Positions 10,146 through 18,224 of a stretch of 64,000 nt of DNA are shown here, one piece after another; the stretch's first letter is position 1; the number at the start of each line of letters is the position of its first letter. The translations under genes and the position numbers were made by a program. The DNA lies in contig CAWHED010000004.1 of the NCBI GenBank assembly GCA_963828395.1, forward strand, positions 237,541-301,540, given 5' to 3'. The notes below the pieces were generated by a model. The model was not told where the DNA came from, searched no databases, and saw only the letters and a program-made list of their open reading frames with translations. This DNA comes from an uncultured Bacteroidales bacterium (GTDB taxonomy: Bacteria > Bacteroidota > Bacteroidia > Bacteroidales > VadinHA17).

Positions 10146-10859
10146 ATGCTAAATACTAAAAATAAAAAGCCGAACAGATCACTGAACCCCTCTGAATTTA
10201 TGAAGTCTGTCTTCAGCGACAGGGCGAGAACAAACCTTCTGAAAAAATATGAACAGAAGGCGATAGCCTGGCTGCTGCAACGCATTCCTCCCGCCATTAC
10301 TTCAAATGCTCTGACGGGTATTGGTTTTTTTGGAAGCATTATAGTGGCCGCAAGCTTCATTCTTGCGGCATATTTCAGTAAATATTACCTGTTGCTGGCC
10401 GTCCCGGGATTTATGATCAGCTGGTTTGGAGATTCACTCGATGGAAGACTGGCCTACTATAGGAATATACCAAGGAAACGCTACGGCTTTACACTTGATA
10501 TTACTATTGACTGGATAAGTATCATAATCATCGGATACGGTTATATTATTTATGCCAAAGGTGTCTGGGAGCTTTTAGGATACGGTTTCGTGGTCATGTA
10601 TGGCTGGGAAATGATCATTGCATTGATGAGATACAAGATCACGGAGAAATATTCGATCGACTCCGGTCTGCTCGGCCCTACAGAAGTAAGAATAGTCATT
10701 GCCGCGATTATGGTGGCTGAAGTTTTTCTGCCGGGATCACTTCAATTTTCAGCAGGGGTCGTGGTTGTTGTCCTGTTTTTTGTCAACATAATAGACACCA
10801 GGAACCTGCTGAAGGTGGCTGATGCGATTGATAAAAAAGAAATACATGATAAATTATAA
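10146..10859 (+). CDS. CDP-alcohol phosphatidyltransferase family membrane protein
   Basis: There are multiple TM segments and a motif GDSLDGRLAYYRN...GFTLDITIDW resembling DG(x)2AR...G(x)3D(x)3D. It starts 3 nt after the upstream stop. Confidence 0.65.
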   Translation: MLNTKNKKPNRSLNPSEFMKSVFSDRARTNLLKKYEQKAIAWLLQRIPPAITSNALTGIGFFGSIIVAASFILAAYFSKYYLLLAVPGFMISWFGDSLDGRLAYYRNIPRKRYGFTLDITIDWISIIIIGYGYIIYAKGVWELLGYGFVVMYGWEMIIALMRYKITEKYSIDSGLLGPTEVRIVIAAIMVAEVFLPGSLQFSAGVVVVVLFFVNIIDTRNLLKVADAIDKKEIHDKL

Positions 10860-10891
10860 CCTGTCCTTTTGACCCGCCTAACTGACAAATT

Positions 10892-12010
10892 ATGGGAGAA
10901 ATAGTAATTAAAGAAGTCCTTACGCGCAAAGATCTCCGCGATTTTATTTTTCTGCCTGAAAAAGTTCACAGGAATGAAGACTGGCTTCCTCCGATCTATA
11001 TGGATGAATGGGAATTATTTGACAGAAAGAAGAACAAGTCATTCAAATATGCAGATGCCAGGATGCTGGTGGCTTATAAGGACCGTAAGCCGGTCGGCAG
11101 GATAATGGGACTGATAAACAGGAGATATAACGAAATTAACAATGAGCAGCATGGCCGGTTTTGCTTTATGGAGTGCTATAACGACCGGGAAGTATTTCAT
11201 GCTCTTATAAGCACCATTGAGGATTGGGCAAGGCAAAACGGGATGGTCAGGATTGTCGGACCACTTGGGTTTTCCGATAAGGATCCCCAGGGATTCCAGA
11301 CCGAAGGGTTTGAATATCCGCAATTCATAACCAGCGCAAACAATTCTCCGTACATGAACAAACTGGTCGAGGATGAGGGATACACTAAAAAGATCGATCT
11401 GGTAAACTACCTGGGAGACATACCGAAGGAATTTCCCCTCGTCTATGAAAGGGTGCTCGAGAGAGTGAAAAGAACGGAGGATTTTAAAATTGTTGAATTC
11501 GCCAGCAAGAAAGAAATTAAACCATACATTATTCCGGTTCTTGAGCTGATGAATGAGACATTTGCCGAGATTTACGGTTTTGTTCCGCTCACCGATAAGG
11601 AAAAAGCAGATTTCGCCGCCAGATATCTTTTTATCCTCGATCCGAAGTTTCTCAAGATAGTTGAAAAAGAAGGTCAGCTCATAGGATTTGCCATAGGTAT
11701 ACCGGATTTAAGTGACGGAGTAAAAGCCGCCAGGGGCAGGATGTTTCCCTTTGGTTTTATTAAAGTGCTTCGCGCATCAAAAAGATCAAAGAAACTTATG
11801 TTGATGCTTGGCGGAGTGAAAAAGGAATTTCGAGGCAAGGGGATAGATGTATTGATGGGAGTAAAGATCCTGCAGGATGGCATCAACACCGGTATGAAGA
11901 CACTAAACAGTCACATTGTACTTGAAGACAACCTCAGGATGAGAGGTGAGTACGAGAGAATTGGCTGCAAGGTGGTCAAGAAATTCAGGATCTACCAGAA
12001 GGATCTTTAA
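10892..12010 (+). CDS. GNAT-fold N-acyl/acetyltransferase family protein (function unknown)
   Basis: The N-terminal pattern is IKEVLTRKDLRDFIFLPEKVHRNEDWLPPIYMDEWELFD and the GNAT-like core is VGRIMGLIN...FCFMEC. It is the third gene of a tight same-strand trio. Confidence 0.5.
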   Translation: MGEIVIKEVLTRKDLRDFIFLPEKVHRNEDWLPPIYMDEWELFDRKKNKSFKYADARMLVAYKDRKPVGRIMGLINRRYNEINNEQHGRFCFMECYNDREVFHALISTIEDWARQNGMVRIVGPLGFSDKDPQGFQTEGFEYPQFITSANNSPYMNKLVEDEGYTKKIDLVNYLGDIPKEFPLVYERVLERVKRTEDFKIVEFASKKEIKPYIIPVLELMNETFAEIYGFVPLTDKEKADFAARYLFILDPKFLKIVEKEGQLIGFAIGIPDLSDGVKAARGRMFPFGFIKVLRASKRSKKLMLMLGGVKKEFRGKGIDVLMGVKILQDGINTGMKTLNSHIVLEDNLRMRGEYERIGCKVVKKFRIYQKDL

Positions 12011-12121
12011 CGAATAAAGGCAACCATTCTTGGCTGACAGGCTTTGGCCCGGTGAAATTTCCGAAGAAAAAGAATTTAACTATGCTGCTGCCTTGATGAA
12101 GTTTCTTGTTGAACTGGATTG

Positions 12122-14390
12122 TTAATCCTGATATAGTTTTTTGGTTTTATCTATTGACCATCCTGTTTTTAAACCGATCACGAAAATAGCCAGGGCGACA
12201 GATCCGGCTGAAAATACAGTATCGCCAACGATCCTCAGCCACCGTAAGGTTTGTAGTGTTGGATCCTGCATAAATTCGGATGAACGAGCATACCACATTC
12301 CGAACTTAATACTTGCAATGGTTTGTAACACTCCGACAGGAAGAAGGCTTATGAGTAACATTAACATTAATCCTGCATTTAATGACCAGAATGCAACGCT
12401 CAGTAATTTTGTCTTCCATACATATTTAATTGTCAGTCCCTTAAGTACAAACAGCATCAATCCGATTCCCAGCATTCCAAAAACTCCGAACAGTGCCGCA
12501 TGCCCATGTAACGGGGTAGTGTTAAGTCCCTGCATATAATACAAAGCTATTGGCGGATTGATCAGAAAGCCAAATAACCCCGCACCGACAAGGTTCCAGA
12601 AGCTGACTGAAATAATGAAATAGATCGGCCATTTGTAGGATTTTACCCATGCTGTTGCCCTGCTAAGCCGTAGATTATGATAAGCCTCAAATCCCATGAA
12701 TACAAGCGGAACGACCTCAAGAGCGCTGAAAGATGCACCAAGGGCAATAATCGCAGGTAGGCGTTCCTGCAAAATAAAGATGATGGAATGTACCAATAAC
12801 CCCGCCAACCATATAAACAATGGTCGCAAAAAGCACCCCTGTTGTTGCATATTTAATGTTCAGCAATCCCATTCTTACAAACAGGAACGCAGCGATCACT
12901 GTTGCAAATACTTCAAAGAAACCTTCCACCCACAGGTGCACCACCCACCAGCGCCAGTATTCTGCAATTGATAAATGCGTCTGTCTTCCCCACATCAGTC
13001 CGGCACCATAGAATCCTGCAATTGCAACCGAAGCTATAATAAACATTATCAAAAGCTGACGGCTTTCAGACGGCTTTATCAGTGCAGGCCACAGGGCACG
13101 GAACATTAAAAAGAGCCAGATAATAAAACCGGCAAAAAGAAATATCTGCCAGAACCTTCCTAAATCGACATATTCATAACCCTGGTGACCAAACCAGAAA
13201 TTCTGAACCAGTCCGAGTTTCTGCATTACACCCATCCATTCACCGGCTATTGAACCGACGACAATTACCAAAAGAGCAAAAAAGAGCACATTCACTCCCA
13301 ACCGTTGGTATTTTGGTTCATACCCTGATACAGCCGGAGCAATATAAAGTCCGGCAGCAAGCCATGAGGTGGCTATCCAGAACAGAGCAAGCTGAACGTG
13401 CCAGGTCCGTGAAACTGAATAAGGCAGGATGTTGTCGAGGCTTATACCATAGAAGCCTTTGCCTTCAACTCCATAATGAGCTGTTATCACACCAAACAAG
13501 GATCTGAACAAGAATGAGACCAACCACAACCCAGTAATATTTCAGCGTTGCCTTCATCGAAGGAGTAGGATTTAAACCACCAAGCGGATCATTCTGCGGT
13601 AACAGGGATTTGTCAAGCACATCGGATCTGTTTCTTGCATTATAATAAGCCAGTAGTCCGATTCCGACAAGAAGCATAATTACACTGAATCCTGTCCATA
13701 GTACTATCCCGGCTGATGGTGTATTTCCGATGACCTGATCGGGTGGCCAGTTACTCGTATAGGTGATGTTTGATCCCGGTCTTTCGGTTATGCAAGCCCA
13801 GGCAGCCCAGAAGAAAAAGGCATTCATATTATGCATACGGCCAGGATCTTTTATCGAATTGGCAGGTATAGCATAAGAAGCTCTCTCATTTTCAAGTGAA
13901 GGATCATCCATAAAAAGTCCCTGGTAATGGTTACTGTTGCTTCTGATCGCTTCAGCTCTCTCGTCTGAAACTGTAAGGATCCCGGTTTTGCTATCATATG
14001 TATTTAAACGTAAAGCTTTCTGTAATCTCACTTTCAGCATAGCCTGCTTTTCAGGATCAAGATTGTTGAACATGAATCCCAAAATCTTTTTTGGACCATT
14101 TATCAAGCAAGAAAGAGTGTTTCTTTATGAAGCCAGTCAGCCGACCAGTCAGGTGCAACATAAGCACCATGTCCCCAGACAGTACCAATTTCCTGTCCTC
14201 CTATTGACTGCCAGACATTCTGTCCGTCTTTAATTTCCTGCGAAGTAAACAGCACATTACCACTTTCTGTCATGACTTTCTCGGGGATAGGGGGCTTTTG
14301 CCTGTAAATCTCATGTCCGAAAAATATCAGGACAGAAAAACAAATTGCAGTGATAAGTGCAAAACCGATCCAGAGTGTTTTCGTTTTCAT
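12122..14390 (-). pseudogene. norB: Quinol-dependent nitric oxide reductase (qNOR, heme-copper oxidase family) split into 4 ORFs by three +/-1 frameshifts
   Basis: ORFs 14390-14103, 14106-13465, 13529-12717 and 12850-12122 are collinear pieces of one qNOR: GHGAYVAPDWSADWLH; ...KYYWVVVGLILVQIL|FGVITAHYGVEGKGFYG; ...GTFHHLYFAGTPT|AIIALGASFSALEVVP; HGHAALFG. The junctions lie at ~14103-14125, ~13490-13505 and ~12750-12765. Confidence 0.85.
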
Positions 14391-14504
14391 CTTGGTGAAA
14401 GATTAGATTAAAAAGACTTGAAAAAAATCAGGTATATAAAGTTAAGCAGGTATTCTTAATTAACCTATTTCTTTCCAATTCTTGTTTGTACAGGGAGCTC
14501 ATAG

Positions 14505-14563
14505 TAAAAACAAAAAAGCAGCCATTTACGGCTGCTTTCTGTGGGCCCAGCTGGGCTCGAACC
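14505..14563. repeat. 59-bp direct repeat of 14641-14699, covering the terminator hairpin plus the 3' 22 nt of tRNA-Ile2
   Basis: 57/59 identical: taaaaacaaaaaagcagccattt[a/g]cggctgctttc[t/c]gtgggcccagctgggctcgaacc. Identity ends inside the T-arm. Confidence 0.9.
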
Positions 14564-14640
14564 GATGCGAGCGTAAAAAAATGATCCGGTGGATCATTTT
14601 AGCGAAGCAGTCAGAATGCAGGGGGGCTTCGAGCCCATGC

Positions 14641-14671
14641 TAAAAACAAAAAAGCAGCCATTTGCGGCTGC
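14641..14671 (-). terminator. Rho-independent terminator downstream of tRNA-Ile2
   Basis: Minus-strand sequence GCAGCC-GCAAAT-GGCTGC is followed by TTTTTTGTTTTT. Confidence 0.7.
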
Positions 14672-14677
14672 TTTCCG

Positions 14678-14752
14678 TGGGCCCAGCTGGGCTCGAACCA
14701 GCGACCCCCTGATTATGAGTCAGGTGCTGCTAACCAGCTGAGCTATGGGCCC
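14678..14752 (-). tRNA. tRNA with anticodon CAT, most likely tRNA-Ile2 (lysidine type). Elongator Met is not excluded.
   Basis: It folds by hand: acceptor GGGCCCA/TGGGCCC, anticodon arm CCTGA-CTCATAA-TCAGG, T-arm GCTGG-TTCGAGC-CCAGC. The C4:G69 and C5:G68 pairs and the GGTCGCTGGTTC segment resemble E. coli ileX. The D-stem has one mismatch. Confidence 0.85.
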
Positions 14753-14800
14753 TGTTAAACAGGTGGCAAATATAATAAAATATTTTAAATCGAGACGTAA

Positions 14801-14822
14801 CGACGCCCAACCCCGGGCGTCG
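14801..14822 (-). terminator. GC-rich hairpin downstream of the aldolase/mtnA operon
   Basis: CGACGCCC-aacccc-GGGCGTCG forms an 8-bp stem 20 nt past the stop at 14842. The T-tract is only loose. Confidence 0.4.
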
Positions 14823-14841
14823 CTGCACCGGAGCAACGGGT

Positions 14842-15438
14842 TCATTTGTTAATATACTCGAACAGCACACTGCCCGCCTCGTCAAGATCGTTGCCGAAGG
14901 TGATCAGCCCGCCACGGTCGCCGGCCATGACAATAATGCGTTTTTCGAATACATCCGGCTCACTGAAGATGCGGATCATCTCCCGCGCCATCGCCGGCGT
15001 GCCATATTCGACTTTAGGATCGGTGGTAGGTACCTTGTTCATCAACTCTTCCCACAGCCTGGTGGAGTGAACATGAATGACGGCATTGGTGCCCGGATCA
15101 GCTGTGTATATTGCCGCATGCGTGAGCGATTCCGAAGACGCTTTCAGCGGCCCGCTGCACATGACGGCATTGTCATCTATATTGAACGATGAGACTTTAA
15201 CATAATGACCCGGCTCCAGCTCCGGAATATCACCCGTAGACGATCCTGTTATTATGAACTGTTGAGATTTGCCGATACGTGTGCTGATGTTCCCGAAACC
15301 GACCCCGTTCTCAAACGCACCAACGAGATCCATGTTGAAAAGGATCTCCCTCCAGTGATTGATAATCTCATACTGCTCATCCGAGATCACCGGTCCTGAC
15401 TGGCTCCAGTAGCAATTGAACTTGACAAAACCTTCCAT
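14842..15438 (-). CDS. Class II aldolase/adducin-family protein (MtnB-like candidate)
   Basis: GNISTRIGKSQQFIITGSSTG, SSESLTHAAIY and NAVIHVHS match the family pattern. It lies 4 nt downstream of mtnA on the same strand. Confidence 0.6.
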   Translation of the reverse strand: MEGFVKFNCYWSQSGPVISDEQYEIINHWREILFNMDLVGAFENGVGFGNISTRIGKSQQFIITGSSTGDIPELEPGHYVKVSSFNIDDNAVMCSGPLKASSESLTHAAIYTADPGTNAVIHVHSTRLWEELMNKVPTTDPKVEYGTPAMAREMIRIFSEPDVFEKRIIVMAGDRGGLITFGNDLDEAGSVLFEYINK

Positions 15439-15442
15439 ATAA

Positions 15443-16525
15443 TTATGATAATAATTTCATTATTGATTCTTTATCCGCCCGGCATATCCCCCTGTCGGTT
15501 ATGATACCCGTTATCAGTCGCGCAGGGGTTATGTCAAAAGCGTAATTTGAAACGGGCATGCTTTTTTGACATATATATATGCCTTCAATCATCTTTACTT
15601 CATCTTCATCTCTTTCTTCTACCGGTATCTGCTCCGGCCTTTCAATTGTCATATCAAATGATGATACCGGGAATGCCGAATAAAAAGGTATCCCGTTATC
15701 ATATGCGGCGAGCGCCTTGAGATATGTTCCGATCTTGTTCGCCACGTCTCCGTTTGCCGTTGCCCTGTCGCATCCCACTATTACTGCATCAACCATGCCG
15801 TTCTGCATCAGATGACCGCCGGCATTGTCAGTAATGAGGGTGCAGGGTACGCCATGATTACTCAGCTCCCATGCTGTCAGCCGGCTTCCCTGGTTGCGCG
15901 GGCGGGTCTCGTCAACCCATACGTGTACACTGATGCCGTTGTCATGAGCCAGGTAAACAGGCGCAAGAGCCGTGCCATAATCAACACAGGCCAGCCATCC
16001 GGCATTGCAGTGGGTTAATATGTTAACCGTTCTGCCATTTTTCCTGCGGCTGATCTCCTCAATGAGCACAAGACCGTTCATGCCGATACGCCGGCTGTTT
16101 TCTGCCTCGGTATCGCAAATAGCTGCGGCCTCTCTTTGCAAGGTTGCTGCGGCCTCTCTTTGCAGACTGTCTGCGATGGCCTGACTTTCAAACACTTTCA
16201 TCATACGGTCAACAGCCCATGCAAGGTTGACTGCAGTGGGTCTTGTTGCCTTGAGACGGGCTGCATCCGTAAGAACAGATCCTGATATATTTTGTTCATT
16301 GCGGTGTTCAAGAAAGGAGAGCCAGATGCCCCATGCGGCGGCAGCTCCGATGAGCGGAGCACCACGCACTGCCATAGTGCTTATTGCCATGCACACATCA
16401 TCAACGCTTCTGAGCTCCATAAGATCAAAAGAAAAAGGCAGTCTGCGCTGATCAATGACCATGATCGTTGACGCTTTATCCCCGTCCTGCCAGATAGTTC
16501 GGTACTCTCTTTCCCCAACCTTCAT
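15443..16525 (-). CDS. mtnA: S-methyl-5-thioribose-1-phosphate isomerase
   Basis: VIDQRRLPF, MAVRGAPLIGAAAAWG, THCNAG and VGCDRATANGDVANKIGTY match the eIF-2B/MtnA family. Confidence 0.85.
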   Translation of the reverse strand: MKVGEREYRTIWQDGDKASTIMVIDQRRLPFSFDLMELRSVDDVCMAISTMAVRGAPLIGAAAAWGIWLSFLEHRNEQNISGSVLTDAARLKATRPTAVNLAWAVDRMMKVFESQAIADSLQREAAATLQREAAAICDTEAENSRRIGMNGLVLIEEISRRKNGRTVNILTHCNAGWLACVDYGTALAPVYLAHDNGISVHVWVDETRPRNQGSRLTAWELSNHGVPCTLITDNAGGHLMQNGMVDAVIVGCDRATANGDVANKIGTYLKALAAYDNGIPFYSAFPVSSFDMTIERPEQIPVEERDEDEVKMIEGIYICQKSMPVSNYAFDITPARLITGIITDRGICRADKESIMKLLS

Positions 16526-16564
16526 CAGTGAGGTTTCTCAATCGGAATTAATATGTAAAATTAA

Positions 16565-16590
16565 AAATAATAAGTTGAATATTATTATTT
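16565..16590. promoter_or_regulatory. Candidate TetR operator in the divergent mtnA/tetR intergenic region
   Basis: A perfect 9-bp inverted repeat, AAATAATAA-N8-TTATTATTT. It is AT-rich, so a chance occurrence is plausible. Confidence 0.3.
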
Positions 16591-16699
16591 ACAGGGCGTT
16601 GCATACTCCGTCCCGATATCAGTGGCACGCCAGGGTTTTTCTGAAAAACGTTTTTCGAATACCCGGCCCGTTTGTTCCACTAATTTGGAAATTGTTGAA

Positions 16700-16707
16700 T
16701 ATCTTTG
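16700..16707 (+). promoter_or_regulatory. Bacteroidota -7 promoter box (TAnnTTTG) for tetR
   Basis: TATCTTTG lies 18 nt upstream of the ATG at 16725. Confidence 0.45.
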
Positions 16708-16724
16708 CAGAAGATTGGATTATT

Positions 16725-17309
16725 ATGGTCGACAAGGACGAATACAGGACAAAGATCATTCTTACTGCCAGCAGGATCTTCAGTCGTTATGGCTTCAGGA
16801 AGACCACCATGGAAGAGATCTCAAAAGCCCTGAAAAAAGGCAAGAGTTCCATCTACTACTATTTCGGGAGCAAGGAAGATATCTTCGAGGCAGTGGTTCT
16901 GTACGAAGCCAACCAGCTGCGCATACAGCTTACCACCGCCATGAAGCAGGTTGATTCTCCTACAGACAAACTGCGTAATTACATATTTGTGAGGATGAGG
17001 GCTTTTGAGAAGCTTTCAAACTACTACAATGCTGTTTTCGACAAGAATCTTGATCATTACGAATTCATAGAAAGGATAAGGTCCAGGTATGACAGGGAAG
17101 AGCTGGCCATACTGAGACTGCTCGTTTATATCGGTCACCGGCGCGGCATCTTTGATATCCAGGACAGCGAGTACACCGCCATGGCTATGCAGACGATGCT
17201 GAAGGGACTGGAGGTCCCTCTCTTCTGGCGCAAGCGCGAGATAGACATCAATAATCGTCTTGATGCTATTTTACATCTGATTTTTTACGGCATCAACAAA
17301 CGGCCGTAA
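16725..17309 (+). CDS. TetR/AcrR family transcriptional regulator
   Basis: The HTH is FRKTTMEEISKALKKGKSSIYYYFGSKEDIF. The track ORF start at 16455 overlaps mtnA antisense, so I prefer the ATG at 16725 (MVDKDEY). Confidence 0.88.
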   Translation: MVDKDEYRTKIILTASRIFSRYGFRKTTMEEISKALKKGKSSIYYYFGSKEDIFEAVVLYEANQLRIQLTTAMKQVDSPTDKLRNYIFVRMRAFEKLSNYYNAVFDKNLDHYEFIERIRSRYDREELAILRLLVYIGHRRGIFDIQDSEYTAMAMQTMLKGLEVPLFWRKREIDINNRLDAILHLIFYGINKRP

Positions 17310-17315
17310 CCCTGG

Positions 17316-18125
17316 TCATTTCTTCTTTACTTCAGGCTCCGGAATTTTCCTGAACGCCCAGACCAGCAATGCAATTCCTGCAATGATGAATGGTATGCTG
17401 AGCAGCTGACCCATATTGAATTTCATTCCTGCCTCAAAGGCAACCTGATCTTCCTTTACATACTCCACGAGGAAGCGGAAGCCGAACACGAAGATAAGAA
17501 ACAACCCGAACAGTAATCCCGGCCTTTGTTTGCCTTTGTTCTTCCAGTAAACCCTGAGAAGAATAACGAAGGTAAGCAGGTAAGCAAGGGATTCATATAT
17601 CTGGGTCGGGTGCTTGGGTGCGTTCTCACCGTTGCGGAGGAACACAAACCCCCACGGCAGCGTGGTCTCAACGCCATAGATCTCCGAGTTCATCAGGTTA
17701 CCGAGTCGGATCAGTGCACCTGCAAGCGCCACCACAATCACGACACGATCGATGGCCCAGATGAACGGTTTCTTCTCTTTCCTGACAAACAGCCAGAGCG
17801 CTAACAGTATTCCTATGGCAGCGCCGTGGCTTGCAAGACCTCCTTTCCATACCTTGAGTATCTCGATGGGGTTGGCAAGATAATATGCGGGCTCATAGAA
17901 CAAACAGTGACCGAGCCTCGCACCGATAATGGTTCCTACGGCCACATATACCGTAAGCCTGTCAAGAGTTGCATCACCCAGTCCTTCGTTCTTGAAGACT
18001 TTTCTCAGGATGTAATATCCAAAGACAAATCCGGAAGCGAAAAGCAGTCCGTACCACCTGACTGCGAAATTACCGATGCGGAAGATCTCCGGATCGACAT
18101 TCCATGGTATGATCTGAAGAGTCAT
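17316..18125 (-). CDS. lgt: Prolipoprotein diacylglyceryl transferase
   Basis: VRWYGLLFASGFVFGY, GARLGHCLFYEP, GGLASHGAAIG and HPTQIYES are present. Confidence 0.9.
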   Translation of the reverse strand: MTLQIIPWNVDPEIFRIGNFAVRWYGLLFASGFVFGYYILRKVFKNEGLGDATLDRLTVYVAVGTIIGARLGHCLFYEPAYYLANPIEILKVWKGGLASHGAAIGILLALWLFVRKEKKPFIWAIDRVVIVVALAGALIRLGNLMNSEIYGVETTLPWGFVFLRNGENAPKHPTQIYESLAYLLTFVILLRVYWKNKGKQRPGLLFGLFLIFVFGFRFLVEYVKEDQVAFEAGMKFNMGQLLSIPFIIAGIALLVWAFRKIPEPEVKKK

Positions 18126-18224
18126 ATAATGTATGTTTGGAATTCAAAAGTAGTAAAAAAGTCATGTATGGTAGTTCCGGTTGCAATAATTTACATAACA
18201 AAATTTGATGTAAGTTTGCAGACA

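Noticed and set aside
14564-14640. A second tRNA, or an intron-containing tRNA, between the two tRNA-Ile2 3'-end copies.
   Set aside because: The segment provides no matching 5' acceptor strand, D-arm or anticodon arm. Only the duplicated T-loop-to-3' end is tRNA-like.
17826-18224. The long N-terminal extension of the Ig-like lipoprotein ORF, from the track start at 17826.
   Set aside because: The extension overlaps the lgt gene on the opposite strand for 300 nt. A proper lipoprotein signal (LVVLFILSC) begins only after ~18225.
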